64,000 bases of DNA from Gemmatales bacterium (GTDB taxonomy: Bacteria > Planctomycetota > Planctomycetia > Gemmatales > HRBIN36): positions 52,834 to 116,833 of the forward strand of contig JANWWR010000132.1 in assembly GCA_025055835.1 (NCBI GenBank), written 5' to 3'. Positions 18,423 to 29,037 of the stretch are shown here, piece by piece; the stretch's first letter is position 1, and each line of letters begins with the position of its first letter. The notes under the pieces are model-generated. The model saw nothing but the letters and a program-made list of their open reading frames with translations. It was not told where the DNA came from and did not search any database. The position numbers were made by a program, and so were the translations under genes.

Positions 18423-21400
18423 TCACGGTCTGGCCCGGGTGCCGTGACCGTGCCGATCCTCGCCGTACACGGGGCTGTTCGGGTCTCCCTTGGCGATCAC
18501 ATACGCCAGCAGATCGAGAATCTCTTCCCGCGTCAGCTTGTCGAGCAGACCCTTGGGCATCAACGACGTCGGCGATTTCTTCCGCCCGGCAATGTCGCCT
18601 TTCTTGAGAATCAACGGCTGCGTCTTGAGCAGCGGGTTTTCGATGAGCTTGACCTCGTCCTTGGTTTCCTCCAGGATCAAGCCGGTCACGGTGCGTCCGT
18701 CCTCCGTCTCGAAGACATAGCTGGCGTACTTGTCGTCGATCTTCTCCGACGGTTCAAGAATGTGCTTGAGAACGTCGAGCGGCGTGTATTTGGGATCGAG
18801 CTTGGCGAGGTCCTGGCCGATCTCGACGCCGACGCCGCCCAGCTTGTGACAGGCCGAGCAACTGGCGACCGTGAACAGCTGCTTGCCGTTGCTGAAGGAT
18901 CGCCCCTGGGCGATCTGTTCGACAGCGGCGGCTAGTTCCTCCACCTTCCATTCCTTTCGCGGCCGAACGAATCTCAGCAACTCATCAGCCGGGGGAAGGG
19001 GATGCCGGGCGAGGTAAGCCTCGGCATCGAGCAGGTAGTCATCGAGGTCTTCCACGACGTACAGGGCACCGTACATCCGTCTCCAGTGGCCGGGATAGGT
19101 GCAGACGTAGGGGTACACTCCTGGCGCGCTCGGAGCCATGAAGCGAAGTCGTTCGACTTCGCGGGGCTGAAGCAATCGGCTGCTCAGGAGCACCTTGTCG
19201 GAGCGGGGCACGAAATGGCGAGCAAGGGCACCGGGTTCGGTGGCGGTGTTCTCGGCCAACGTGCCGACTTCCTCCAGAGAACCGGGCTTCAGAAGCACGA
19301 AGTTGTGCGGCATCAGGTCGTTGTTCTCGAAGACGATCTCGAACGGCTTGCCGGCCTGGACGGCGAGACGCTCCTTGTCGAAAAGCATCTGGTCGGGAAT
19401 GGTGCCCAGACGCAGCACGCGGACGCCGAGCTGGCCGATTTCCTTGCGGATGGAAAGAGCCTGTTCCCGCGGAAGCTGGGCGGAGAGAGCGTCAGCCAAT
19501 TGCAACGCATCGAGAACAGCCGGTTCGGTTCGTCGCTCGACCGGCACCGTGCGGACATAGGCGAGGAGAGAGTCGAGCAACGGTCGGACTTCCTCCTGCG
19601 GCCAATGGACGGAGGGGATGCGCAAGAGGGCCTGCATGGCGGCGTGACGGTCGAGATCGTCACGGACGCAGCGGGCCAGGGCCTTGAACGCGGCGGCTTC
19701 CTGTCCGCGGATGCTGGTCAGTGTCTGCATCGCCGCTTGCCGGACCTGGCTTTCGGAAGCTCCGCCAAGCTCCGGCGGCAGGCGATCCAGCAGCGCTTCG
19801 ATGCGCGGGTACAGGGCGATTCTGTGGGCGGGATCGCGGAACAGCGGCACAGCCAGAACGAAGTCCCGCAGCGCTGCGGGAGAGCGCAGGGCCAATTTCC
19901 AGGCAGGCTCGATGACACCGTCGGCAGCGGTCAGGGCGACGAAAGCAACCTGACGAGCCGTCGGCGTCGGGCCGGAGACAGCCAGGCGTTCTAAGTCTTC
20001 CCGGATGCCCGCAAGTTCGTTCATCGGCCTGGCGGTGAGGAGTCGGAGATAATCGAACAGCACGCTTTCCGAGGCTGGTTCATTCTTCTTTCCAACCGTC
20101 TGAAGCTGAATTGCTTCCAGGAGCAGTTGCAGTTCGGTCTTGCCTTCTGAACGGGACAGCACCCGCAGGGCTTCCTGGCGCACTTCGTCCCGGATGCCGG
20201 GCCGAAGCAGAATCTCGTGATAAACGCCGGGGGTACGTTTGAGCTTGAGCAAATCTTCCGTGCTGACGCTCTTGAGGAAATAGCGAGCGCCGGCAGGTGT
20301 CGTGAAGTGGATCGGACGGCCCTCCGCGATGGCTTTTTTGACGTAGGGATCCAAGGCCCGCATCGTCTCGCCGCGAACAAACTGGATGTACTTGTCGCTG
20401 GGCTGATCGTCGGCGATAAGCACGACTTCGAGAGCTTCGGGAACCTTGAAGAAGCTGGCGGCGCGGACCGCTTCGAGCCGGACGCGAGGATGCGGATCGG
20501 CGGCCAGACGCTTGAACAGTTCCAAACTGTCGGGCACCCGGTCCCGCCAGTAGCACAGCACCCGTGCCGCTGCCGCTCGGGCCCGGAAGTCCGGCGAGCT
20601 GAGCACTTGTTTGAGCAGACCGACGTTGCGGACGTTGTGGTTCTGATGCAGCCAGAGCGCTTCGAGAACGTGATGCTCGTAGTCCGGGTCGTTGCGGTCG
20701 AGATTGGCCAGCCACTTCTGACACGCGGCGATGACTTCCTCCGTGGGCCGGGAGCCGAGTTCGATCCGGGCACGATAGCGGACGCGGTCCTCCGGATGCT
20801 TCAGGAGGTCGAGCAGTTTCTCGATCGGTTCTCCGGCGATGGGCGGAGACTTGGACAGGGGTCGGCCTTCGTAGGTGATCCGATAAATGCGGCCATGTTC
20901 TCGATCCCGGCTCGGATCGCGGAGGTTGTGCTGCATGTGGCCAATGATCGGATTGTGCCAGTCGAGGAAGTAGATCGCTCCGTCTGGCCCGATCTTGATG
21001 TCCGACGGACGGAAGTTCGGATCGCTGGAATAAAGCAAGCGTTCCTCTTCTTTGCCAACGAAGCTGGCTCCGTCGTCCCGGATGCTGTACTGCAAGATGC
21101 CCTGGTAGCCGATCACGTTGGCGACGAGGAGATTGCCCTGCATTTCGTCGGGAAAGTGTCGGCTCGACAGAATCTCCATGCCGGGACAGGGCCGGGTCCA
21201 CTGCTGATACACCTGGGGCGGTCGGTTGTGCTTGTGCGGGAAGTCGAGGTGGCCTGAGAACAGGGCGGCATGGTAGGGCTGCGCCCCGGTGCCGTCCACG
21301 ACGATGTCCTGCCCCCAGCGGTCGAAGACGTGGCCATGCGGATTGGCAAAGGCGAAGGACACGTAGACCTCGAACTTGTGGGTCCGCGGCTCGTAGCGAA

Positions 21401-23039
21401 ACACGCCGGCGTCGGCACAGCGGACCGGCGGGCCGTAAGGCGTCTCGACCTGGGTACGGTGGAAGGTGCCTTCCTGGAAGTAGAGCGCTCCACCGGGATC
21501 GAAGACGAAACTGTTCGCGGTGTGGTGCGTGTCGGCGGAGTCGATCCCGTTCAAGACCCGGATGCGAACGTCGGCCTTGTCGTTGCCGTCGGTGTCCTTG
21601 AGAAACCACAGATCCGGGGCCTGAGCTACCAGAACGCCGCCGTTCCAGAACTCGAAGCCGGTCGGGTTATGCAGTCCGCCGGCGAAGGTCTTGCACACGT
21701 CGGCTTTGCCATCGCCATCGGTGTCTTCGAGGATGAGGAGCTTGTCATCCATGACGTCCTTCGGCTTCCAGTGCGGATAGCTGGGCCAGACGGCGACCCA
21801 GAGTCGGCCCTTGGTGTCGAAGGCCATCTGGACGGGATTGACGAGTTCTGGAAACTGCTTTTCGGAAGCGACGAGGTTCACCTTCAGCCCCTTGGCCACG
21901 GTCATGCGGCGGATCGCCTCTTCGCCGTCGAGGAAGAGATGCTTGCCGTTCGGTCCCGGCCCCGGCTTGTTGGTGATGACCGGAATGAACGGTGGGGTGT
22001 TGGAGTCGTCGGGGACGGGAGCGGGGGAGAGCGGCTTGGCAGGCTCTCCGGCGGCATGACGGGCCAGGGTCCAGACGATGCGGTCCCGATTGGCCGTCAT
22101 CACGTCAAGAATCTCCATCTCGCGCTGGGCCACTTCGCGGTTGGTCTGGCCATTGACGAACTTGAGGTCGGCCCGTCCGCCGTAGATCGAGTACCCGTCC
22201 GTGGTCCGGTAACGCTGAAACCAGTGAAAATTGCGGTCCTTGATGGCCGTCCGCAGCTGCTCGACGGCAGGGGCGGAGAAGTCCACCGACGGTGCGTCGG
22301 GGAACAAGGCCCGATCGATGATCCGGGCAACCTGGGCATTTCCATGTTCGTTGAGATGCACGCCGTTGATCGTCCACGGCTTGCCATCCTTGCCGTAGGC
22401 GGAGCGTGTCGGCGTGAAGAGATCGACGAAGATGATTCCCTTGGCCTTGGCGACCTCTGCCATGACCCGCGTGTAGAGTTCGAGGTTCTGATTGTTCTCG
22501 CTGCCGTCCGGCAGATTACGGTCCTTCAGGTCTTCATGGGCAATGGGCGAGAACAACACCAGCCGCGGTGGTGATTGGCCGTTGTATCGTTGCGATAACG
22601 TGTGATTGATGAATGCCTCCAAGTCCTTGCGAAACTTGTCGAGTCCCTCGGGACCGGCGAACGCCTCGTTGTATCCGAAGAAGGCCAGGATCACGTCCGT
22701 TCTGTTTTTGGTCAGCCATTGGTCCGGGCTGCCAAAGCCATCGCAGCGCAGCCGCATCGTCAATTCGTCGCCGGAAAAGCCGAGATGGCGGATGGTCAGA
22801 TCATGGTCCGGCAGTCGGAGGTGAAGCAACGTGTCGAGATAGCCGTCGTGCTGCATCCGGTCGGCCAGGGTGTTGCCGAGGATGCTGACGTGCCCGTTCT
22901 TGGGGAAGATCGCCCTGGCACTGTCCTCCGGCTGGCCTGCGGCTTGGGCAAGCAGGAACCAACCCGGCAGGACAAAAAACAGACTCCCCAACGGAAATAC
23001 TCCCTGACGAAGCGATCTGGCTGCGAACAGTTCGGTCAT
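18423..23039 (-). CDS. giant PVC-type heme-binding multidomain protein (SGNH-like hydrolase + beta-propeller dehydrogenase-like domain + HEAT repeats + azurin-like cupredoxin + cytochrome c)
   Basis: About 1538 aa. N-terminal signal/TM, then an SGNH-like region (ILGNTLADRM ... GVHLNEHGN). A propeller region follows (DGDGKADV, DTDGNDKADV). HEAT-like repeats come next (HPEDRVRYRARIELG, HPRVRLEAVRA). The azurin-type copper site is MPHNFVLL ... YVCTYPGHWRRMYGALYV. A C-terminal c-type heme motif CSACHKLGG closes the protein. ATG 23039 follows AAGAGG. Confidence 0.85.
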   Translation of the reverse strand: MTELFAARSLRQGVFPLGSLFFVLPGWFLLAQAAGQPEDSARAIFPKNGHVSILGNTLADRMQHDGYLDTLLHLRLPDHDLTIRHLGFSGDELTMRLRCDGFGSPDQWLTKNRTDVILAFFGYNEAFAGPEGLDKFRKDLEAFINHTLSQRYNGQSPPRLVLFSPIAHEDLKDRNLPDGSENNQNLELYTRVMAEVAKAKGIIFVDLFTPTRSAYGKDGKPWTINGVHLNEHGNAQVARIIDRALFPDAPSVDFSAPAVEQLRTAIKDRNFHWFQRYRTTDGYSIYGGRADLKFVNGQTNREVAQREMEILDVMTANRDRIVWTLARHAAGEPAKPLSPAPVPDDSNTPPFIPVITNKPGPGPNGKHLFLDGEEAIRRMTVAKGLKVNLVASEKQFPELVNPVQMAFDTKGRLWVAVWPSYPHWKPKDVMDDKLLILEDTDGDGKADVCKTFAGGLHNPTGFEFWNGGVLVAQAPDLWFLKDTDGNDKADVRIRVLNGIDSADTHHTANSFVFDPGGALYFQEGTFHRTQVETPYGPPVRCADAGVFRYEPRTHKFEVYVSFAFANPHGHVFDRWGQDIVVDGTGAQPYHAALFSGHLDFPHKHNRPPQVYQQWTRPCPGMEILSSRHFPDEMQGNLLVANVIGYQGILQYSIRDDGASFVGKEEERLLYSSDPNFRPSDIKIGPDGAIYFLDWHNPIIGHMQHNLRDPSRDREHGRIYRITYEGRPLSKSPPIAGEPIEKLLDLLKHPEDRVRYRARIELGSRPTEEVIAACQKWLANLDRNDPDYEHHVLEALWLHQNHNVRNVGLLKQVLSSPDFRARAAAARVLCYWRDRVPDSLELFKRLAADPHPRVRLEAVRAASFFKVPEALEVVLIADDQPSDKYIQFVRGETMRALDPYVKKAIAEGRPIHFTTPAGARYFLKSVSTEDLLKLKRTPGVYHEILLRPGIRDEVRQEALRVLSRSEGKTELQLLLEAIQLQTVGKKNEPASESVLFDYLRLLTARPMNELAGIREDLERLAVSGPTPTARQVAFVALTAADGVIEPAWKLALRSPAALRDFVLAVPLFRDPAHRIALYPRIEALLDRLPPELGGASESQVRQAAMQTLTSIRGQEAAAFKALARCVRDDLDRHAAMQALLRIPSVHWPQEEVRPLLDSLLAYVRTVPVERRTEPAVLDALQLADALSAQLPREQALSIRKEIGQLGVRVLRLGTIPDQMLFDKERLAVQAGKPFEIVFENNDLMPHNFVLLKPGSLEEVGTLAENTATEPGALARHFVPRSDKVLLSSRLLQPREVERLRFMAPSAPGVYPYVCTYPGHWRRMYGALYVVEDLDDYLLDAEAYLARHPLPPADELLRFVRPRKEWKVEELAAAVEQIAQGRSFSNGKQLFTVASCSACHKLGGVGVEIGQDLAKLDPKYTPLDVLKHILEPSEKIDDKYASYVFETEDGRTVTGLILEETKDEVKLIENPLLKTQPLILKKGDIAGRKKSPTSLMPKGLLDKLTREEILDLLAYVIAKGDPNSPVYGEDRHGHGTRARP

Positions 23040-23173
23040 ACGGTTCAACCTCTTGGAGGGCGGTCATTGCGGCGGAAGGACGAGGCCCCAGGTCGGCCCC
23101 GTTTTCGCGGATGTCATGCTGGTAGTATAGGGCCGGTCAGGGCCACGCTGAAAGGGCTTTCTGCGGGCAAAGT

Positions 23174-24208
23174 TTAGATGCTGTACTCGGGTGCCGGGAA
23201 GACGCGGACGTTGCGGGGAATGACCTGTACGAGGTCGTCCCGCTGAAGCTTCAGTTCCTGAAACCGCTCCTGGCTGATGTCCACGGTCAGGACAACGCCG
23301 AAATCCACGGCGAGAAGCCGAACGCGGAACACGGAGCCGGACGGGTAGAAGTGCAGCACCTTGGCCTTCAACCCGGGCTGGTCGCCGGATTCCCGACGCA
23401 CTTCAAGTTCATGAGGCCGAATGTAGCCCTTGGTCGGTTTGTTGTCGCCGTTGCCCAGGTGCGGATAAGCAGCCTCCAGCAGTTGGCCTTGAAGCACGTT
23501 GGTGTTGCCCAGGAAATCCATGACGAAGTCGTTGGCGGGATGATCGAAGACTTCCCGAGGCGAGCCGACTTGTTCGATGCGGCCCTTGTTCATGATGACG
23601 ACGCGGTCGGCGACCTCGAAGGCTTCTTCCTGGTCGTGGGTGACGAAGACGCTGGTCAGATGGACTTCGTCGTGCAGCTTGCGAAGCCATTGGCGGAGTT
23701 CCTGGCGGACCTTGGCGTCCAACGCGCCGAATGGTTCGTCGAGCAGCAGCACCTTCGGCTCCGCTGCCATGGCTCGGGCCAGGGCGACTCGCTGCCGCTG
23801 CCCACCGGAAAGCTGCCACGGATAACGGTACTTCAGCCCATCCAGGCGCACCAGGCGGATCAGATTGCGGACCCGTTCCTTGATGACCGAGTTCTTGGCC
23901 CCACGGACCCGGAGGCCAAAGGCGATGTTGTCGTAAACCGTCATGTGGCGGAACAGGGCGAAGTGCTGGAAGACGAAGCCGATGTTCCGGTCGCGGACGG
24001 GCTGATGGGTCACGTCTTCGCCGTGATAGTGGACCGTTCCCGAGTCGGGCAGTTCCAGCCCGGCGATGATCCGCAGCAGCGTCGTCTTACCGCTTCCCGA
24101 GGGACCAAGCAACGCCGTCAGCTCCCCACCGGGGATTTCCAGGGTGATGTTGTCCAGGGCCAGAAACTCGCCGAAGCGCTTGCTCACGCCGCTGATGCGG
24201 ATGCTCAT
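23174..24208 (-). CDS. cysA: sulfate/thiosulfate ABC transporter ATP-binding protein CysA
   Basis: [13 protein letters not shown]..., Walker [10 protein letters not shown], signature [14 protein letters not shown], Walker B LLLDEP, and a TOBE-like C-terminus. The true start is ATG 24208. The 655-aa track ORF is a frame artefact. Confidence 0.92.
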   Translation of the reverse strand: MSIRISGVSKRFGEFLALDNITLEIPGGELTALLGPSGSGKTTLLRIIAGLELPDSGTVHYHGEDVTHQPVRDRNIGFVFQHFALFRHMTVYDNIAFGLRVRGAKNSVIKERVRNLIRLVRLDGLKYRYPWQLSGGQRQRVALARAMAAEPKVLLLDEPFGALDAKVRQELRQWLRKLHDEVHLTSVFVTHDQEEAFEVADRVVIMNKGRIEQVGSPREVFDHPANDFVMDFLGNTNVLQGQLLEAAYPHLGNGDNKPTKGYIRPHELEVRRESGDQPGLKAKVLHFYPSGSVFRVRLLAVDFGVVLTVDISQERFQELKLQRDDLVQVIPRNVRVFPAPEYSI

Positions 24209-24210
24209 GG

Positions 24211-25116
24211 TCACGGTTCCTTGGCGGCTTTCTCGGCCTCCGCCAGTTCTTGTCGGGCCTTGCGTTCCAGGATCGTTTTCACGATCAGCGTCACCAGGGC
24301 CAACAGGGTCAGCAGCGAGGCCACGGCAAAGGCCCCGGGATTGTTGCCGTCCTGGAACAGCTTTTCGACCCGCAAGGGCATCGTATCCGTGCGTCCAGCG
24401 ATGTGTCCGCTGACGACGTACACCGCACCGAACTCGCCCATCGCCCGGGCGTTGCACAGGATGATGCCGTAGAGCAGACCCCACTTGATGTTCGGCAGCG
24501 TCACATGCCAGAACGTCTGCCAACCGTTGGCCCCGAGGCTGATGGCGGCCAGTTCCTCCTCCGGCCCCAGCGCTTCCATGACGGGGATGAGTTCCCGAGC
24601 GATGAACGGCACCGTGACGAAGATGGTGGCCAGGACCAGCCCGGGCAGGGCGAAGACGATGCGGATGCCATGCTCCCGCAGCCACGGTCCCAGATAGCCC
24701 TGCATGCCGAAGAGGAGAAGCAACGCCAACCCGGCGACCACGGGCGAGACCGCAAACGGCAGGTCGATGAGGGACACCAAGAGGGTCCGGCCGGGAAAGC
24801 GAAATCGGGCGATGGCCCAGGCAGCGGCGATGCCGAAGATGACGTTGGCCAGCACCGCCATCGGAGCGACCAGAAGTGTCAAAAGGATCGAGTGTCGCGT
24901 GTCCGGGTCGGCCACCAGGTTGTCCCAATAGACGCTGAACCCGCCGGACAACGCCTGCCAGAAGACATGGATCAGCGGTACCACGACCAGGAAGCCGACA
25001 ATCACTACCGCCAGGGTGATGAGCGTCACGCGAACCCACCACGGATCCTGCAAGGCCCGTCGGGTTCGATCCGGCGGCGTCAGCGGTTTCGTCGTAGGAC
25101 GTTGCATGGCCATCAC
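24211..25116 (-). CDS. cysW: sulfate ABC transporter permease CysW
   Basis: Six-TM BPD-type permease with the EAA loop ([23 protein letters not shown]). Its stop is 2 nt from the cysA start. Confidence 0.88.
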   Translation of the reverse strand: MMAMQRPTTKPLTPPDRTRRALQDPWWVRVTLITLAVVIVGFLVVVPLIHVFWQALSGGFSVYWDNLVADPDTRHSILLTLLVAPMAVLANVIFGIAAAWAIARFRFPGRTLLVSLIDLPFAVSPVVAGLALLLLFGMQGYLGPWLREHGIRIVFALPGLVLATIFVTVPFIARELIPVMEALGPEEELAAISLGANGWQTFWHVTLPNIKWGLLYGIILCNARAMGEFGAVYVVSGHIAGRTDTMPLRVEKLFQDGNNPGAFAVASLLTLLALVTLIVKTILERKARQELAEAEKAAKEP

Positions 25117-25150
25117 GGATTCCCGTGCTTCGCTGCTTCAAACCGGCTTC

Positions 25151-25996
25151 CTAACCCGCTGCCTGACGGTGTCGGCTCCACCATTGCAACAGGTTGATGA
25201 GGATCAACATCACGAACGACATTGCCAGCAGCACCGAGGCGATGGCACTGGCTTCTGCATAGGCAAATTCTTCCAGTCGGGCGACGATCAGTACCGGAGC
25301 GATCTCCGTTTGGTACTGGATGTTTCCGGAGACGAACACCACGGAGCCGTACTCCCCCAAGGCCCGGGCGAAGGCCAAGGCGAAGCCGGTCAACAGGGCC
25401 GGGGTCAAGGCCGGAAGGAGGATGTAGCGGAACGTCTGCCAGCGGGTCGCCCCCAGGGAAGCGGCAGCTTCTTCGATGTCCGCGTCCAGGCTTTCCAGGA
25501 CCGGCTGCACGGTGCGAGCCACGAACGGCAGGCCGGTGAACACCAGCACGAGTACGATGCCCAAGCGGCTGTAGGCCCCATGAATGCCCAGGGGAACCAG
25601 AAACTGGCCGTACCAACCATTCTCGACGTAAAGGCTGGAATAGACCAGACCGGCCACGGCGGTCGGCAGGGCGAAGGGCAGGTCGATGAGCGAATCGAGC
25701 AGTCGTTTGCCCGGGAACTCGTACCGCACCAGCACCCAGGCGAGCAGCAGGCCGATCAACATGTTGATGATGCCGGCAACCAGGGATGCCCCGAAGGTCA
25801 GCAGGTAAGCGGCCTGAGCGCGGGGCGAAGCGACGGCGGCCCAGTATTGCTGCGGCGAAAGGCCACAGGAACGGACCACGACCGCCGCCAGGGGCAATAG
25901 CACGATCAGGCTCAGGTACGTCACCGTGAAGCCCAGGCTCAGCCCGAACCCCGGCAAGACGCGGCGATCCGTGGAGGTCATGCCGTTGCTCCCCAT
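25151..25996 (-). CDS. cysT: sulfate ABC transporter permease CysT
   Basis: BPD-type permease with the EAA loop (EEAAASLGATRWQTFRYILLPAL). Paralogous to and directly upstream of cysW. An alternative start is ATG 25981. Confidence 0.88.
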   Translation of the reverse strand: MGSNGMTSTDRRVLPGFGLSLGFTVTYLSLIVLLPLAAVVVRSCGLSPQQYWAAVASPRAQAAYLLTFGASLVAGIINMLIGLLLAWVLVRYEFPGKRLLDSLIDLPFALPTAVAGLVYSSLYVENGWYGQFLVPLGIHGAYSRLGIVLVLVFTGLPFVARTVQPVLESLDADIEEAAASLGATRWQTFRYILLPALTPALLTGFALAFARALGEYGSVVFVSGNIQYQTEIAPVLIVARLEEFAYAEASAIASVLLAMSFVMLILINLLQWWSRHRQAAG

Positions 25997-26262
25997 CCGT
26001 GGGCAGATGCTCGAGTAGCGGTCGTGCTTTTCCCGGTTTGCTCAGAACGCATAGGCTGCAAAGATCCTCCCTCTTTCCTGGTGGGCGTGGGCTTGATGGT
26101 TCTTCCCAGCCCCCGTAGAATCAGGTGGCTGCGAGGATTCCTGCGAAGTCCGCAATGTCCTCCGAATCCGCGGAAAGCAGACGCCCCGCGGGGTTGCCCG
26201 TGGGGCAGCTGTTGCCTTTGCGGGGTCCTTTTCGCTCGCCTCGTCACGCTTTTTGCCAGAGC

Positions 26263-26268
26263 TATAAT
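26263..26268 (+). promoter_or_regulatory. candidate -10 box (TATAAT) upstream of clpC
   Basis: Perfect TATAAT 150 nt upstream of the clpC ATG. The only -35 candidate is weak (TCGTCA, 16-nt spacer). Confidence 0.25.
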
Positions 26269-26417
26269 TTAGGATGAACCACGGCGAGCGGGGAAGCCAT
26301 GCCGCCTCCTTTGGCGGGAGGCTGGTTCGTTCCTAACTGGGTAACAGCCAGGGCGGAAGACGCCGGGTCCTTGGGTTCTTCGGCAAGTCGATCTGCTCTT
26401 GCAATGGAGATGTCCGG

Positions 26418-28916
26418 ATGTATGAAAAATTCACCGACCGAGCTCGCAAGGTGATGCAGCTCGCCAACCAGGAGGCGCAGCGCTTCAACCACGAGTACAT
26501 CGGTACCGAGCACATCCTGCTCGGCCTGGTCAAAGAAGGCTCCGGGGTGGCCGCCAATGTTTTGAAAAACCTGGACATCGACCTCCGCAAGATTCGCTTG
26601 GAGGTCGAGAAGATCGTTCAGAGCGGCCCCGAGATGGTCACCATGGGGAAATTGCCCCAGACACCGCGAGCCAAGAAAGTCATCGAATACGCCATCGAAG
26701 AAGCACGCAACCTTAATCACAATTACGTCGGAACGGAACACCTGCTGCTCGGCCTGCTGCGCGAGCAGGAAGGCGTCGCCGCTCAGGTCCTGATGAACCT
26801 GGGCCTCAAGCTCGAAGATGTCCGGGAAGAGGTCCTCAATTTGCTAGGGCACAACAACATGGAACCAAGCGAAAGCAGCAGCGAGCGGGCAGGCAGCAGG
26901 ACCAGCAAGTCCAAGACCCCCGCCCTCGATAGCTTTGGCCGCGACCTGACCGAACTGGCCCGTCAGGGCAAGCTCGATCCGGTCATCGGTCGTCAGAACG
27001 AAATCGAACGCGTCATCCAAATCCTCAGCCGCCGCACCAAGAACAACCCGGTGCTGCTCGGCGAGGCCGGCGTCGGCAAGACCGCCATCGTCGAGGGACT
27101 AGCCCAGATGATCGTGGACGGCAACGTGCCCGATCTCTTGCGGGATCGCCGTATCGTCGTCCTTGACTTGGCCATGATGGTGGCCGGGACCAAGTACCGC
27201 GGCCAGTTCGAGGAGCGCATCAAGGCGGTCATGAACGAGGTGCGCCGGGCCAAGAACACCATCCTGTTCATTGACGAACTGCACACCCTGGTCGGGGCTG
27301 GCGGGGCGGAAGGTGCCATCGATGCTTCCAACGTCCTCAAACCGGCCCTGGCCCGCGGCGAGATCCAGTGCATCGGCGCGACCACCCTCGACGAGTACCG
27401 CAAGTACATCGAGAAGGATAGCGCTCTGGAACGCCGCTTCCAGCAGATCATCGTCAATCCCCCGTCGCGGGACGAAGCCATCGAGATCCTTCGCGGTCTG
27501 CGGGACCGTTATGAAGCCCATCATCGGGTGCAGATCACCGATCGGGCTTTGGTCTCGGCGGTGGAGTTGTCGGACCGCTACATCTCCGGCCGCTGCCTGC
27601 CGGACAAGGCCATTGACGTGATCGACGAGGCGGGCGCTCGGGTTCGGCTCAAGGCCATGACTCGGCCGCCGGACCTCAAGCAGCTCGACGAGGAGATCGA
27701 ACGGCTCAACCAGGAAAAGGAAGCGGCTGTGGCCGAGCAGGATTTCGAGAAGGCCGCCAATCTCCGCGACCAGGCTGACCAGTTGAAGAAACGCAAGGAG
27801 CAGATTCAGCGCGAGTGGCGGGAGAAGTCCAAGGAGATCGACGGCGTCGTGGATGAGGAGGTCATCAGCGAAGTCGTCAGCAAGATGACCGGCGTGCCGC
27901 TCAAGCGGATCAGCGACGAGGAGACGACCCGCCTGCTTCGCATGGAGGAGGAATTGCACCGGGCGGTGGTCAGCCAGGACCAGGCAATCTCGGCCATCGC
28001 GCGGGCGGTGCGGCGAAGCCGGTCCGGCATCAAGGATCCCAAGCGGCCCATTGGCACGTTCATCTTCGCCGGGCCGACCGGCGTCGGCAAGACGCTGCTG
28101 GCCAAGCGGCTGGCCGAGTTCATGTTCGGTGACGAGAACGCCCTGGTGCAGATCGACATGAGCGAGTACCAGGAGAAGCACAACGTCAGCCGCCTGATCG
28201 GTGCCCCGCCGGGCTACGTCGGCTACGAGGAAGGTGGCCAGCTGACCGAGAAGATCCGCCGTCGGCCTTACAGTGTCGTGCTGCTCGACGAGATCGAGAA
28301 GGCCCATCCAGACGTCTGGAATATCTTCCTCCAGATCATGGAGGAGGGTCGGCTCACGGACAGCTACGGCCGGACCGTGGACTTCCGCAACACCATCATC
28401 ATCATGACCACCAACATCGGGGCTGAGCAGATCACCAATCGGCGGACGTTCGGCCTCGGCAAGCGGGACGAGGAGACGACCTACGAGAAGATGAAGGAGA
28501 CGCTCAAGGGCGCTCTGGAGCAGAACTTCCGACCTGAGTTCCTTAACCGGCTCGACGACATCATCGTCTTCCGCGCCTTGACCCGCGAAGACCTCCAGAG
28601 GATCGTGGACATCGAGCTGGGCAAGGTCTTCAAGCGGCTCCAGGAGCGCGGCATGAAGCTGAAGCTGACGCCGGAAGCCCGCGAGCACCTGATCGACAAG
28701 GGCTACAGCCCCGAGTTCGGCGCTCGGCCGCTGCGTCGGGCCATCGAGCACCTGCTCGAAGACCCGCTGGCCGAGGAACTGCTCCGCGGGACCTTCGCTG
28801 GCAAGGACACGATCATCGTCCGGCTGTCGGAGGTGGACGGCGAGAAGAAGTTCGTCTTCGAGGGCGTCGTCGGCTCGGCCCAGCCGGAGGAGCTTGTTCC
28901 CGCTGAGACCTCCTGA
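26418..28916 (+). CDS. clpC: ATP-dependent Clp protease ATP-binding subunit ClpC
   Basis: [16 protein letters not shown] begins the double Clp_N repeat. Two AAA+ modules ([17 protein letters not shown]) and a short UVR-like middle motif ([13 protein letters not shown]). 832 aa, typical for ClpC. Confidence 0.93.
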   Translation: MYEKFTDRARKVMQLANQEAQRFNHEYIGTEHILLGLVKEGSGVAANVLKNLDIDLRKIRLEVEKIVQSGPEMVTMGKLPQTPRAKKVIEYAIEEARNLNHNYVGTEHLLLGLLREQEGVAAQVLMNLGLKLEDVREEVLNLLGHNNMEPSESSSERAGSRTSKSKTPALDSFGRDLTELARQGKLDPVIGRQNEIERVIQILSRRTKNNPVLLGEAGVGKTAIVEGLAQMIVDGNVPDLLRDRRIVVLDLAMMVAGTKYRGQFEERIKAVMNEVRRAKNTILFIDELHTLVGAGGAEGAIDASNVLKPALARGEIQCIGATTLDEYRKYIEKDSALERRFQQIIVNPPSRDEAIEILRGLRDRYEAHHRVQITDRALVSAVELSDRYISGRCLPDKAIDVIDEAGARVRLKAMTRPPDLKQLDEEIERLNQEKEAAVAEQDFEKAANLRDQADQLKKRKEQIQREWREKSKEIDGVVDEEVISEVVSKMTGVPLKRISDEETTRLLRMEEELHRAVVSQDQAISAIARAVRRSRSGIKDPKRPIGTFIFAGPTGVGKTLLAKRLAEFMFGDENALVQIDMSEYQEKHNVSRLIGAPPGYVGYEEGGQLTEKIRRRPYSVVLLDEIEKAHPDVWNIFLQIMEEGRLTDSYGRTVDFRNTIIIMTTNIGAEQITNRRTFGLGKRDEETTYEKMKETLKGALEQNFRPEFLNRLDDIIVFRALTREDLQRIVDIELGKVFKRLQERGMKLKLTPEAREHLIDKGYSPEFGARPLRRAIEHLLEDPLAEELLRGTFAGKDTIIVRLSEVDGEKKFVFEGVVGSAQPEELVPAETS

Positions 28917-28950
28917 GCCAGGTCGTTTTTTCCCTCACCCTGAAAAGCTT

Positions 28951-28981
28951 AACGAGGCGGTCCACCAGGGACCGCCTCGTT
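28951..28981. terminator. bidirectional rho-independent-type terminator between clpC and lpdA
   Basis: AACGAGGCGGTCC-accag-GGACCGCCTCGTT: 13-bp perfect stem, 5-nt loop. Flanked by gaaaagctt on one side and cgctatttc on the other. Confidence 0.7.
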
Positions 28982-29037
28982 CGCTATTTCGGGACTCGGA
29001 TTCGGCGAAGCTGTGCGTAGCGTGTCCGGGTACCCGC

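Noticed and set aside
23174-25141. 655-aa ORF presented as one protein
   Set aside because: Only the C-terminal 344 aa (from [16 protein letters not shown] 24208) are CysA. The N-terminal part is an out-of-frame read across cysW with no protein-like features.
26304-26322. Hairpin GCCTCC-N7-GGAGGC in the clpC leader as a regulatory element (CtsR/CIRCE-like or SD-sequestering)
   Set aside because: The stem is only 6 bp and lies ~100 nt from the start codon. There is no CtsR (GGTCAAA repeats) or CIRCE (TTAGCACTC-N9-GAGTGCTAA) consensus nearby.
27099-28751. 550-aa minus-strand ORF
   Set aside because: It is antisense to clpC, whose AAA+ motifs are unambiguous. It is a shadow ORF.
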